From Eledone cirrhosa (taxonomy: Eukaryota), in NCBI GenBank assembly GCA_964016885.1, contig OZ024744.1, positions 57,350,001 through 57,414,000 on the forward strand: 64,000 bases of DNA, written 5' to 3'. The position numbers and the translations under genes were made by a program. This document shows positions 52,571-64,000 of the stretch, piece after piece. The notes under the pieces were generated by a model. That model searched no databases, was not told the origin of the DNA, and worked only from the letters and a program-made list of their open reading frames with translations. The number at the start of each line of letters is the position of its first letter. Position 1 is the first letter of the stretch.

Positions 52571-53276
52571 TGGAACATCTTTGAGTTAAATAACAACAAT
52601 ACACACGCATGTACACACATGCACACACACGCATGCATACACATGTATACACACGGAGTGATCAATACACGCCTACAAACACAATGTGAAAGCACATGTG
52701 AGTCATGATCCTTGGTCAAAGTACTTTATTTAATGTTGCTCCAGTCTAGTCAGCTGGCAAAAATGAGTTGTACCTGTAATTTCATTCAAAGAGGCAACCA
52801 TGTTAACCCTTTTGATAATAACTCACAACCTTGTGTTCATGAGCTGAGCTCCCTATTCCCTAAACCATGTGCCTTAACACTTGTCATGTATATATATATA
52901 TATATATATATAGGCAAAGGGATATTTAATTTGTTGGTAATTCAACAAATATATATATTTATAACTGATTCGAAGCACTCAACAAGTTAATGATATTAAT
53001 AAATGGAAACTATATTTATAAAACCATATTTATTCTATTATATATATTTCAAAGGTACCAAAACTTTGGTATGCTCTCATCAGATAAAATACAAAGTTTG
53101 TTTTATAAATATTGACATATCCAGGAAGGAGATCTTAACAGTTCAAGTTTTACTATCCAGTTTCCATTTATTAATCTCATTGATTTATATAGTTTCCATT
53201 TATTAATATCATTGATTTGTTAAGGGTGAAAGCAGCGATTCTTTGCTTAAACTTTAATCTATTATTTTAATAAATA

Positions 53277-53307
<31 letters not shown>

Positions 53308-53335
53308 TTATATATATATTTATATACAGTATAAA

Positions 53336-53455
53336 TGTGAAGGCACATGGTGAGTGGTTAGAGAGTTCGATTCGCAATTGTGAGGTTGTGGTTTTGATTC
53401 CCAGACTAGGCAATGCATTATGTCCTTGAGCAAGACACTTTATTTCATGTTGCTC
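53336..53455 (+). mobile_element. tRNA-head SINE fragment (family B)
   Basis: gtgaaggcacatggtgagtggttag...ccttgagcaagacactttatttcatgttgctcc. Confidence 0.7.
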
Positions 53456-54391
53456 CTTCTGCCTGGAGTTGCGACCGACAGATAGCATTAACAATTGGAA
53501 AGACCAATCGGTCTGATTTGACAAGCTCCACCCCACTCGTTAAGTGAATCAGGTCTGGGATATTGTTGATTTACTCTCGATAATATAATTAAAATTTCAT
53601 ACAGTTGAGGTCACAGAATATGTGACAAAAGGACTTTGACAAATGAATGAATAACAAACAATAACGGTAAAGATAAAGTGAAAATTATATGGTGAGTGTG
53701 TTTGTTTCTATTAGCAATATTGGTGACATGACTATCCCCAAATATAACGATATATATCAACAAATGATTTTAAATCATGAATCTTACATAACAAATACAT
53801 AAACATAGGTGTATATATATAGAGAGAGAGGTGGGGGGGGGGGGGATAGAAAGGCAGAGAGACAGGCTGACAAACAGACATATATTGCACTTGTATGGAT
53901 GTGTAATGCATATAGATGGTGATTGTTGGGTGGAGAAGTGCCAGTAAATCCAAGTGGATGGAAGCTGTAGAAGAAACAGTAACAAACAGATAGCACAAAG
54001 ATACTCTCTATCCTGCCTTTTCCACTGCAACATACACAGGCATCCTAGACTCCAAGCAGAGAAATAGCCTACAATAGATTAGCTGGTATATAGTCACTCA
54101 TAGACATACTCCAGCCTCTAGCTTACAGATGTTCTCTCTTCTCCTTGTTTTGATGTTTATTTGTTTGTTGCTTTTTACTGCTACTACAATGGCCTCTTAT
54201 TCTCAGAGCTAGCTGACTCAGGCATCCTTAACCTGCCTCTCAGACTCCTCACCTACAGTGTATCTGCTACCTTCCTCTAGCCCTGCACTAATGACTATGC
54301 ACAGTCCTTCCTCCACAGAACATCTTCCCTCTGGAATTCCCTCCTTACTCATAACTTTACCTACAGTCATCAAAGTACAACAACAGTTTAA

Positions 54392-54561
54392 CCCTTTAGC
54401 ATTTAAACCAGCTGTATCCAGCGAGAACTCCCTCACTTCTTTCTGCTCAAACCAACTGTAACTGGCCACTCATACTCATGTTAAGGTATAGATACAATAT
54501 TATGTAAGATAAAGCCCCCAAAATACAATAGTAAATATAGAGTAATGTAAATGCTAAAGGG
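54392..54561. mobile_element. piggyBac-type MITE, 170 bp
   Basis: TTAA|CCCTTTAGCATTTA ... TAAATGCTAAAGGG|TTAA. Confidence 0.88.
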
Positions 54562-54874
54562 TTAAGAAGGATGTCAACAAAATCAATTACACTAGATTTT
54601 AAAAATCTATAAAGGTAATGGGCAATGTCCCTTCCTCCAGACATAACTAATAAGGAAAACAAAATCAAACTTAAAATAAATAGATTTGAAGTATGTTTCA
54701 AATTTTCTTCTTTTTATATTTCGGTTGAAGAACTGTGGACAGTATGCCATCTGTCTCTTCAACAGCTCATATTAAATTGGTACAAGCCACTCCAGCTATG
54801 CAAATATGATACTTTACATACTGATAGTCATTTATTTGTAATAATGTTATACCATTATTCTCCATGAGAAATAT

Positions 54875-54890
54875 GATGATGATGATGATG

Positions 54891-54932
<42 letters not shown>

Positions 54933-54953
54933 GTAATAATAATAATAATAATG
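54875..54953. repeat. (GAT)n(AAT)n microsatellite; tail/target of Tx1 copy 1
   Basis: Directly follows the minus-strand AATAAAGAAA 3' end. Confidence 0.9.
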
Positions 54954-55216
54954 ATTTCTTTATTAACCACAAGGGTTTACATAAAGTAGACATTAAGGAC
55001 AGTGCAGGACAATGCAGGACGGTACAAATGGGCATTTCTGCGTGTAAAAAAAAACAAAAACAGAGGATGTAACAAAAATAACAATGAAAATAACAATGAA
55101 AAATTCCCCAATAGGGGGGAGACTTCGGAGGGACATTTGTGGAGAAAGCCCAGTAAAAAGCCACAATGACCCTGACCACCAAGGCAAGTGCCCTCTCCCA
55201 GTTTTCCACCTTTAGT

Positions 55217-58200
55217 TTACAGATATATACTCAGAGTCGGCCCATTCACTCGGGCCATTCTTGCTTCTCTCACCCATCTTTCAACAAAATGCTGGGAAGA
55301 GAGCACTTCCTTCTCTACTCTGATTTTCCTTTTCAAATGAAATTTGAAAAAGTCAATCAGAGCATCACCGAAGAGGTAAGTGCTCGTCTTCAGCCCTTTC
55401 AAACGTGTCCACCATACTATCTCTTTCGCCATGGCCACCAGACAGATAAAAACTGCCTGCCCTTCCCGGCTAAAGGAGGAGGGCGGGGCAATCCTCACGA
55501 TAGACTCAGATGATAGCTGGATCCGTCCTAAACGCGACAGCAGGTGTTCGACATAAACCCACAAGTCAGCAATTTTCGGACACTGGACGAGTGCGTGCAG
55601 GACGGTTTCGTCGCTCTGCGCGCATCTCGGACATGCCCGGCTGACGGCACCTCCATGCCTGTAGAGTTTATCCCGAACTGGCAAGGCTCCTCGGTAGCAC
55701 TGCCAGGCCAGAGATTTCTGGAAGTTGTCCATAGGCCCTGGCCCGAAAGTTCTTCCGAAGAGATTGGCTAGTTGATTTTCGTCGACGCCTAGAGTTTCCC
55801 CAAGTACGTCGTCGCTCTTCCCCTCCACTAATCCTCTATAGAACGCCGAGGTGGAGTTTCCACCGATCACATTGCCCGATTGGTCGAGGGCTGTGAGCGC
55901 CTGAAGACATTCCAGTCTCCAGGCGCTCCCTCTCGGTCTTCGCTTGACCCAGGACTGCAGCTCCGTCAAGGAAACGAGCTGGGGAAAAACGCGTCTAGCA
56001 AACGGCGACCACACCTGATCACCGTCGAGGAAGAGGTGGAGATGTCGTAGCCTGAGCGCGTGCCTGCGCATCATCAGCCACGGCATGCCCAGCCCTCCAC
56101 GTAGCGGGTGTTGACATCAGATGGACCGCCTGACCATCGGAGCACGTCCCTTCCACAAAAAGCGAAAGAGCAAACGCTCCAGCGCAGTCAGGCGAGGCTT
56201 AGGACAAGGTACGACGGTTAGGCGGTAGCAGATGACAGACGCGATGTACGCGTTAGCCACCTCCGCTCGACCTTTCAGGGATAGCTTCCTCTCCGCCCAT
56301 TTCTGGGTGAGAGAAGCCACCCTGCTCGTCACCTCGTCCCAGTTTTTGTCCGTCTGGAGGTCCGGACCGAACCAGACCCCTAGCAATTTAACCGGTCCGT
56401 CCGTCCAGCGCCCGACGACGCTGTTGGACGGCATGGACCTGCCTCTCCAGGTGCCGAGCTGCAGGCCCACTGACTTTTCCTGGTTGATCATTGCTCCTGT
56501 CACCGCTTCGTATTCTCTTAGTGTAGTGCCGATCGCCTCGATGTGTTTGGCGTTCGACACCACTACGGTGACATCGTCCGCATATGCTGACACGGATCTT
56601 CCGCATCCTAGTTCGCGCGGGACTCCCCTCAACGTCTCCAGTTTGTGCAGTAATGGCTCGAGAGTCAATACGTACAAGAGGGACGAGAGGGGACATCCTT
56701 GGCGGACCGAGCGCATGATGTTGAACGGTTCCGACAGGTGACCGTTCACTCTCACCACAGAGCAGATGTCGCTGTGCATGGCAGCGATCCAGCCTCTGAA
56801 GACGGGCCCAAAGCCAGCCGCCCTCAGGACTGCCGCTAGGTAACGATGGTCGACCCTATCGAAAGCTTTCGACTGATCTAAATTGATCAAGGACCCACCC
56901 GTGCCAGGTTCCCTAGCTACCCTCTCTACGATGTATCGCATGAGGTGGAGGTTGTCGTGGATGGATCTGTCGGGAATGGCGCATGTCTGCGCCTCTCCCA
57001 CCAGACCACCAACGACAAGCGCCAACCTCTTTGCTAGCACCTTGGCCAAAATCTTAAACTCTGTGTTTAGCAGAGTTATGGGCCGGAAATTGTCTATGTT
57101 ATCCCCCTTGTTCGGATCCTTTCTCAGCAGTGCCACCGCTCCTCGGCTCACAGAACTGGGAATTCTCCCGTTCTGTTGCCAGTTGCAGTAGACGTCCGCC
57201 AAGAGGCCTCCGAACAAGTCTGGCATCTGTACGTAAAGTTCATAGGGCAGACCATCCAAACCAGGCGATTTACCCCTTGTGCAGCCAGTCATTGCCTCCC
57301 GTACTTCAGCGGCTGTTATCGGCTTTTCGCAACACTTCGCCTCAGTGGCCGAGAGCCGCGGCAGTCCGTCGAGGTAGACACTAAAGTCCATCCCTCTACC
57401 CGGCCCCCCGCTGCCCCCGAACAGCTGAGCGAAGTGTCGCTGAAAAGCTTCACACATTTGCCCGGGATCGAGTAGCATGCGCCCGTCGTGGTCCACCAAA
57501 GACCGGATCGTGGCTTTGTTGCCACGACGCGCCTCCGCCACTCGGGCCCATTGAACGGCTTTCGTCCCCTCGTGTCTGAGAGCACGCACCCTAGCTCTGA
57601 CAACGCAGCCTTCGTGCTTTGCATTGAAGAATTGGTCAAGGGCCAATTTCGCCGCAAGCACGTCGGTCGCAATGCCTTTGCTAAGCGCCTCGTTTAATTT
57701 TCTAACTAGTTCTCCCTCTGCTCTATTTTTCTCTATTGCTAAAGCCTTACTAAACCTAATCGATTCTATTCTAATCGCTCTTTTCAGAGCAAACCACCAC
57801 TTGTTGTTGACGATGGCCCCCGTCAACGCCCGCTTAACTAGTTCGCTAATCCGGTCTCTGTAGGCCTTGCGCGCTGGTAAGGACGCGTTTAGCTTCCAGT
57901 AGCCGGGTCCTCGTCTATGAAGCCTATCTAAGTCAAGCACACAGGTCACGAATTTGTGGTCCGTGTAGCTGACTATCTTGAATTGTGGACAGCCTATGCT
58001 AGACCTATCTATTTCCCTACAAAATACTCTATCTAGATATGATCTGGATGACCCTATGCGGTTTGTCCAAGTCCACATTGGCACATTCGGGAAATCCAAT
58101 CGGTACCTGTCAGACAGTTCAAAACGCCTGAGCAGGTTGGTGAGGCTCTTGCACCCTCCACCCCTATCTGCTAATCCCACACAGTCCCAGCGTGCATCTA

Positions 58201-58636
58201 AGATCCCGTTCCAGTCGCCCACTAACACTAAAGAGCGGGACGTTCCAAGAAAGGTCTCCAGACGCCGGAAGAAATCAGGCCGCCCTGCTCCTGTCGGGGC
58301 ATAGACGGCCACTAGCCTGAAAGCTTGCCCGTCTCCGCTGGTCACGTCCAGCACCACCAGCTTACCCTCTGGGTCCAGGAAGATGGCCCGTATGGCGAGA
58401 TCCAAACCTCTCCGAAAAAGCACAGCAACTCCTCCACCGGATCCAGGACGGCTGGGAGATGCGTACACATCGAAGCCGCCGAAGATCGGTGCGAAGGCCC
58501 GTGCTTCGGAGATTCTGGTCTCGCTGATGGCCACTACATCTATGTTTAGTGACCTGAGGTCGTTGAGCAGGTGACCCTGCTTCCATGACGACCCCAAGCC
58601 ACGCGCATTTATGCTGCCTATTCTGAGTGAGGTCAT
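55217..58636 (-). CDS. Tx1-like ORF2 (APE endonuclease + RT + C-terminal Cys/His motif), single premature TGA at 56117-56119
   Basis: SINARG, SETR, VYAP, GDWN, SYLDRV, TDH, KSPGLDG, FRPITLLN, DQSKAFDRV, RQGCPLS, AYADD, CPRC..DETVLHALVQC; copy 2 has TGC at the stop position. Confidence 0.93.
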
Positions 58637-58671
58637 GTTTAAAATAGAGTGGAAAAGATGGGAAAGACCAC

Positions 58672-60801
58672 TTACCGTACTTTTGGTAGAGGAGGGATGG
58701 TTTTTACATCCCTTTTCACTTGATCGTCTGGTGAAGGGACCGTTGAATCGTCCCTTCGGCTGGTCGTCGGCTCTTCTAAGAGAATGTCTGAGTATACTCT
58801 TCGATTGTTGGTTCCTCCTAGGTCCCTGAAATCACCAACTGCGTTGGGGAATTTCGTTTTAATATTTGTGTATTGTTTCTGTGCTATTTTTAGCAGTCTT
58901 ATGTTAGTTGGCGTTTTGATTGGTGCTGGTATTATGTAGTCCTGTTGTGAAATGTCTGTGTGTTCAATTATGTAAGTCATTAGTTTCTTGTTGTGTGTAT
59001 TTATTGCCGTGCATTTGTTTTTCTGGGGGTGGGGTGTGGTTCTGCTATTTTCTTGTCGTTGTTGCTGGGTGTGTGTGTTTTGTTGTTGTGTTTGCGATGT
59101 TGGTGCTTGTGGTGGTGGTGTTGAAGGTGTTGTTGGCGGTGGGGTTGTCGCCGGTGGTGATGGTGGCGCTAGTGTGGGTGGTGATGGTGTTGGTGTTGTT
59201 GCTGCTGTGGGTCTCTTTGCAGTAGACTTTACCCTTTTCTCATTTCTTTCCTCCCTTTTCAAAGGCGACGATGCGCTACTTCTGCGTTTGTGCCTTCTTA
59301 CGACCTTTTGCCATCTCTCTCCCACCTCACACTCCATGTCTGATTCTGTGAGGTCGGGGAGGGGTACCAACTCCACTCTTTCACTTGTTGTTGTTGGTGA
59401 TGTTTGCACTGGAGTCTCTGTTGCAGCTGCATTTGGTATTGCTGTTGTTGTTGTTAGTATTTCCACTGCTGCTGCTGTTTTTGATTTCCGTGGAGTGGGT
59501 ATGGGTGCCACGGGCCTATCGTTCCTGGTTGCCGCTTGTCCTGTTGCTGGTAGCCGTGGAGCCGGATTCGGAAGGAGGGGGGTTTTCTCCTTTCTCAGGG
59601 TCTTCTCGTTGCAGAAGGCCCTGAGGTGAGTCTTCGATCCACAGCGAAAGCATTTCGGGCGTTTGCCCTCAACACTTATGGGCAGTTGAGTGCCGTTATC
59701 GAAGTCTATCACATCCGGGATAGCTTCGATGCACTCCTGGTTGGTTTGGATTAGCATCTCAATGGAGGAGCCGACCCAATCTTCTCTTACTTTTTTCTGT
59801 ACTTGCAGTACAGTTGTTTTGTCCTCGATTCCGACGAGGACAGACGCGGCCAGCCAAGAAGGGGTCATTCCGGGGGGGACGTGGGTCAGTTTGACCCTCA
59901 CAATTTTTTGCCCGCAGTAGGAGGGCACCAACACCATTTCCTCGCTCCTTAGGGTCACTACTGATTGGGCCTTTGCCTCCTGGGGTGTGGCAAAAAGTAC
60001 GTCTACGGTGGCGTATTTTTTGCCTCGGGTGATGTGCGTTTTCCTCTGCCACACAGACCCCAAGGCTTTTTGTATTTGGGCCTCTGTGGCTCTTTCCACC
60101 CTACGGGATTTTGTACTTACTGTACGGTACGTGACCGTACAGTGCTCTTGGGTTTCGAAAAAATTTTTCGCTGCCTTGCAGATTGCTCGGTGTCCGTTCT
60201 TTGTCACCATCTTCTTCGCTTCCTCTAATTCCTCATTTGTTATGAGGATTGTTTCCAAGTTTTTCGCAATACCTGCAAATGAGATTGGTTTTTCTCTGCT
60301 GTTGTTGTTGTCGTCAGAGCTGCTGGTACTTTTGTTGTTGCTGCAGGTACTACGACTACTGCCTCCGCCGCTGTTGCTGTGGTTGTTGTTGGTGTTGCTG
60401 CTGCTAATGCTGTTGTTGTTTATGCTGCTGGTGATGCTGTTGCGGCTGCTACTGTTGTTTTCATTGTCACTGTTGCTGTTGTTATTACGGCTGCTACTGC
60501 TATTATTCCTGACGTCAGACGAATGAACTGGGTTTTCGTATTTCCCGCACACCTGTTTCGTCGCTGTCGTCGTCGTCGTGGAGAAACCTTGCACGCTTTG
60601 CACGAGACTTTTCTTTTCTTTCGTCGCTTGCGAAAGAGAAGGGAGGGAGAGAGACACATTTAAAGAAGGGAGGGAGAGAGACAATCTTCTCTCTGCTGTA
60701 GTGATGATTGAGGAAGAAGAAGACGGAATGAGTGGGAGTGACGTATGAAATTTCTTTTTCGTAGCCATGTTTTTTTGTTTAAAATGAAATTTTGGGTACA
60801 A
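58672..60801 (-). CDS. Tx1-like ORF1 (nucleic-acid-binding protein with CCHC zinc knuckle); first ATG at 60768
   Basis: 709-aa ORF; S/N-rich N-terminus, ISFAGIAK, VRVKLTHVPP, CFRCGSKTHLRAFC (CX2CX4HX4C), WQKVVRRHKRR, P/T-rich tail. Confidence 0.9.
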   Translation of the reverse strand: MYPKFHFKQKNMATKKKFHTSLPLIPSSSSSIITTAERRLSLSLPSLNVSLSLPSLSQATKEKKSLVQSVQGFSTTTTTATKQVCGKYENPVHSSDVRNNSSSSRNNNSNSDNENNSSSRNSITSSINNNSISSSNTNNNHSNSGGGSSRSTCSNNKSTSSSDDNNNSREKPISFAGIAKNLETILITNEELEEAKKMVTKNGHRAICKAAKNFFETQEHCTVTYRTVSTKSRRVERATEAQIQKALGSVWQRKTHITRGKKYATVDVLFATPQEAKAQSVVTLRSEEMVLVPSYCGQKIVRVKLTHVPPGMTPSWLAASVLVGIEDKTTVLQVQKKVREDWVGSSIEMLIQTNQECIEAIPDVIDFDNGTQLPISVEGKRPKCFRCGSKTHLRAFCNEKTLRKEKTPLLPNPAPRLPATGQAATRNDRPVAPIPTPRKSKTAAAVEILTTTTAIPNAAATETPVQTSPTTTSERVELVPLPDLTESDMECEVGERWQKVVRRHKRRSSASSPLKREERNEKRVKSTAKRPTAATTPTPSPPTLAPPSPPATTPPPTTPSTPPPQAPTSQTQQQNTHTQQQRQENSRTTPHPQKNKCTAINTHNKKLMTYIIEHTDISQQDYIIPAPIKTPTNIRLLKIAQKQYTNIKTKFPNAVGDFRDLGGTNNRRVYSDILLEEPTTSRRDDSTVPSPDDQVKRDVKTIPPLPKVR

Positions 60802-61008
60802 AACCTCAATAACTGGTTATTTAACCCCGAAGGGCCAAATAACGGACAGAAAGACCCCTCTCACGAGGAGGAGGGTGTCTTTATCAACAATTTGGTTCAA
60901 GTTTTAAACAATTTACAATTGTTTTAACGGTTAAAAATGACTATACCTTACAGAGCCGAGCCTCCGTCAACCATGGCATTCAATAATAATAATAATAATA
61001 ATAATAAT

Positions 61009-64000
61009 GTTTTCTTTATTAACCACAAGGGTTCACATAAAGTAGACATTAAGGACAGTACAGGACAATACAGGACGGTACAAATGGGCATTTCTGCGTG
61101 TAAAAAAACAGAGGTTGAAATAAAATAACAAAGAAAAATTCCCCAATAGGGGGGAGACTTCCAAGGGACATTTGTGGAGAAAGCCCATTAAAAGACCACA
61201 GTGGCCCTGACCACCAGGGCAAGTGCCCTCTCCCAGTTTTCCACCTTTAATTTACAGACACATACTCAGAGAGGGCCCATTCATTCGGGCCATACTTGCT
61301 TCTCTTACCCATCTTTCAACAAAATGCTGGGAAGAGAGCACTTCCCTCTCTACCCTGATTTTCCTTTTCAAATGAAATTTGAAAAAGTTAATCAGGGCAT
61401 CACCGAAGAGGTAAGTGCTCGTCTTCAGCCCTTTCAAACGTGTCCACCATACTATCTCTTTCGCCATGGCCACCAGACAGATAAAAACTGCCTGCCCTTC
61501 CAGGCTAAAGGAAGGGGGCGGGGCAATCCTCACGATGGACTCAGCTGATAGCTGGATTGGTCCTACACGTGACAGCAGGTGTTCGACATAAACCCACAAG
61601 TCAGCAATGCTCGGACACTGGACGAGTGCGTGCAGGACGGTTTCGTCGCCCTGCGCGCATCTCGGACATGCCCGGCTGACGGCACCTCCATGCCTGTAGA
61701 GTTTATCCCGAACTGGCAAAGCTCCTCGGTAGCACTGCCAGGCCAGGGATTTCTGGAAGTTGTCCATAGGCCCCGGCCCGAAAGTCCTTCCGAAGAGATT
61801 GGCTAGTTGATTTTCGTCGACGCCTAGAGTTTCTCCAAGTACGTCGTCGCTCTTCCCCTCCACTAATCCCCTATAGAACGCCAAGGTGGAGTTTCCACCG
61901 ATCACATTGCCCGATTGGTCGAGGGCTGTGAGCGCCTGAAGACATTCCAGTCTCCAAGCGCTCCCTCTCGGTCTTCGCTTGACCCAGGACTGCAGCTCCG
62001 TCAAGGAGACGAGCTGGGGAAAAACGTGTCTTGCAAACGGCGACCACACCTGATCACCGTCGAGGAAGAGGTGGAGATGTCGTAGCCTGAGCACGTGTCT
62101 GCGCATCATCAGCCACGGCATGCCCAGCCCTCCACGTAGCGGGTGTTGACAGCAGATGGACCGCCTGACCATCGGAGCGCGTCCCTTCCACAAGAAGCGA
62201 AAGAGCAAACGCTCCAGCGCAGTCAGGCGGGGCTTAGGACAAGGTACGACGGTCAGGCGGTAGTAGATGACGGATGCGATGTACGCATTCGCCACCTCCG
62301 CTCGACCTTTTAGGGATAGCTTCCTCTCGGCCCATTTCTGGGTGAGAGAAGCCACCCTGCTCGTCACCTCGTCCCAGTTTTTGTCCGTCTGGAGGTCTGG
62401 ACCGAACCAGACCCCTAGAAATTTAACCGGTCCGTCCGTCCAGCGCCCGACGACGCTGTTGGACGGCATGGACCTGCCTCTCCAGGTGCCGAGCTGCAGG
62501 CCCACTGACTTTTCCTGGTTGATCATTGCTCCTGTCACCGCTTCGTATTCTCTTAGTGTAGTACCGATCGCCTCGATGTGTTTGGCGTTCGACACCACTA
62601 CGGTGACATCGTCGGCATATGCTGACACGGATCTTCCGCATCCTAGTTCGCGCGGGACCCCCCTCAACGTCTCCAGTTTGTGCAGTAATGGCTCGAGAGT
62701 CAATACGTACAATAGGGACGAGAGGGGACATCCTTGGCGGACCGAGCGCATGATGTTGAACGGTTCCGAAAGGTGACCGTTCACTCTCACTACAGAGCAG
62801 ATCTCGCTGTGCATGGCAGCGATCCAGCCTCTGAAGACGGGCCCAAAGCCAGCCGCCCTCAGGACGGCCGCTAGGTAACGATGGTCGACCCTATCGAAGG
62901 CTTTCGACTGATCTAAATTGATCAAAGACCCACCCGTGCCAGGTTCCCTAGCTACCCTCTCTACGATGTATCGCATGAGGTGGAGGTTGTCGTGGATGGA
63001 TCTGTCGGGAATGGCGCATGTCTGTGCCTCTCCCACCAGACCACCAACGACAAGCGCCAACCTCTTTGCTAGCACCTTGGCCAAAATCTTGAACTCTGTG
63101 TTTAGCAGAGTTATGGGCCTAAAATTATCTATGTTATCCCCCTTGTTCGGATCCTTTCTCAGCAGCGCCACCGCTCCTCGGCTCACAGAGCTGGGAATTC
63201 TCCCGTTCTGTTGCCAGTTGCAGTAGACGTCCGCCAAGAGGCCTCCGAACAAGTTTGGCATTTGTACGTAAAGTTCATAGGGCAGACCATCCAAACCAGG
63301 CGATTTGCCCCTTGTGCAACTAGTCATTGCATCCCGTACTTCAGCGGTTGTTATCGGCTTTTCGCAACACTCCGCCTCAGTGGCCGAAAGCCGCGGCAGT
63401 CCGTCGAGGTAGACACTAAAGTCCATCCCTCGATCCGGCCCGCCACTGCCCCCGAACAGTTGAGCGAAGTGTCGCTGAAAAGCTTCACACATTTGCCCGG
63501 GATCGAGTAGCATGCGCCCGTCGTGGTCCACCAAAGACCGGATCGTGGCTTTGTTGCCACGACGCGCCTCCGCCACTCGGGCCCATTCAACGGCTTTCGT
63601 CCCCTCGTGTCTGAGAGCACGCACCCTAGCTCTGACAACGCAGCCTTCGTGCTTTGCATTGAAGAATTGGTCAAGGGCCAATTTCGCCGCAAGTACGTCG
63701 GTCGCGATGCCTTTGCTAAGCGCCTCATCTAATTTTCTAACTAATTCTCCCTCTGCTCTATTTTTCTCTATTGCTAAAGTCTTACTAAACCTAATGGACT
63801 CTATTCTAATTGCTCTTTTCAGAGCAAACCACCACTTGTTGTTGACGATGGCCCCCGTCAACGCCCGCTTAACTAGTTCGCTAATCCGGTCTCTGTAGGC
63901 CTTGCGCGCTGGTAAGGACGCGTTTAGCTTCCAGTAGCCGGGTCCTCGTCTATGAAGCCTATCTAAGTCAAGCACACAGATCACGAATTTGTGGTCCGTG
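61009..64000 (-). mobile_element. Tx1/L1-clade LINE copy 2 (runs off the window), head-to-tail with copy 1
   Basis: Highly similar to copy 1; its (ATT)n tail at 60982-61008 abuts the 5' end of copy 1. Confidence 0.95.
61252..64000 (-). CDS. Tx1-like ORF2, uninterrupted, N-terminus outside the window
   Basis: 910-aa open frame containing all RT motifs and the C-terminal CPRC...HALVQC. Confidence 0.93.
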   Translation of the reverse strand, partial: TDHKFVICVLDLDRLHRRGPGYWKLNASLPARKAYRDRISELVKRALTGAIVNNKWWFALKRAIRIESIRFSKTLAIEKNRAEGELVRKLDEALSKGIATDVLAAKLALDQFFNAKHEGCVVRARVRALRHEGTKAVEWARVAEARRGNKATIRSLVDHDGRMLLDPGQMCEAFQRHFAQLFGGSGGPDRGMDFSVYLDGLPRLSATEAECCEKPITTAEVRDAMTSCTRGKSPGLDGLPYELYVQMPNLFGGLLADVYCNWQQNGRIPSSVSRGAVALLRKDPNKGDNIDNFRPITLLNTEFKILAKVLAKRLALVVGGLVGEAQTCAIPDRSIHDNLHLMRYIVERVAREPGTGGSLINLDQSKAFDRVDHRYLAAVLRAAGFGPVFRGWIAAMHSEICSVVRVNGHLSEPFNIMRSVRQGCPLSSLLYVLTLEPLLHKLETLRGVPRELGCGRSVSAYADDVTVVVSNAKHIEAIGTTLREYEAVTGAMINQEKSVGLQLGTWRGRSMPSNSVVGRWTDGPVKFLGVWFGPDLQTDKNWDEVTSRVASLTQKWAERKLSLKGRAEVANAYIASVIYYRLTVVPCPKPRLTALERLLFRFLWKGRAPMVRRSICCQHPLRGGLGMPWLMMRRHVLRLRHLHLFLDGDQVWSPFARHVFPQLVSLTELQSWVKRRPRGSAWRLECLQALTALDQSGNVIGGNSTLAFYRGLVEGKSDDVLGETLGVDENQLANLFGRTFGPGPMDNFQKSLAWQCYRGALPVRDKLYRHGGAVSRACPRCAQGDETVLHALVQCPSIADLWVYVEHLLSRVGPIQLSAESIVRIAPPPSFSLEGQAVFICLVAMAKEIVWWTRLKGLKTSTYLFGDALINFFKFHLKRKIRVEREVLSSQHFVERWVREASMARMNGPSLSMCL

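Larger units (their letters stand above)
54954..60981 (-). mobile_element. Full-length Tx1/L1-clade LINE, copy 1 (~6.0 kb)
   Basis: 5' UTR, ORF1, ORF2, 3' UTR with AATAAA and (ATT)n tail; bounded by (AAT)n on both sides. Confidence 0.95.

Noticed and set aside
53463-53530. Structured segment (ggagttg/gaccga...tcggtc/caagctcc) after a SINE head as a ribozyme
   Set aside because: Pairing is possible, but there is no recognisable catalytic core and only one copy in the window.
56117-56119. In-frame TGA at a Cys position in Tx1 ORF2 as possible selenocysteine or readthrough
   Set aside because: The neighbouring copy has TGC; a single C-to-A nonsense mutation is simpler and I see no SECIS.
56232-63898. 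Antisense and alternate-frame ORFs overlapping the Tx1 ORFs
   Set aside because: Expected shadow ORFs of GC-rich coding sequence; no motifs.

Overview
Eukaryotic (animal), AT-rich, repeat-saturated genomic DNA. The SINE families, (TA)/(CA)/(GAT) microsatellite load and LINE content look like a cephalopod (octopus-like) genome; this is inferred, not proven. No host protein-coding gene can be called with confidence, only weak candidate exons near 9.7-10.0 kb and 27.8 kb. Main contents: (i) two young head-to-tail Tx1/L1-clade LINEs (54.9-64 kb, minus strand) embedded in (AAT)n, plus an old internally deleted relative at 0.74-3.2 kb; (ii) a nearly intact Penelope-like element (PLE; RT + GIY-YIG) at 40.75-45.96 kb with direct pLTRs, a second degenerate PLE and many pLTR scraps; (iii) RTE, CR1-like, R4/Dong-like and CRE-like LINE relics; (iv) mariner relics, hAT and piggyBac MITEs and Helitrons; (v) many tRNA-derived SINEs; (vi) four minisatellite arrays (56/57, 28/33, 20 and 58 bp units). 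The most interesting signals are an in-register U_UUU_UUA -1 slippery site that would fuse an extra upstream ORF to the PLE RT-GIY ORF, a family of variant minimal hammerhead ribozyme motifs (including U3-A8 covariant and long stem-II forms), a 53-nt GT-AG mini-intron that would fuse Tx1 ORF1 to ORF2 in frame, and several fold-back palindromes.
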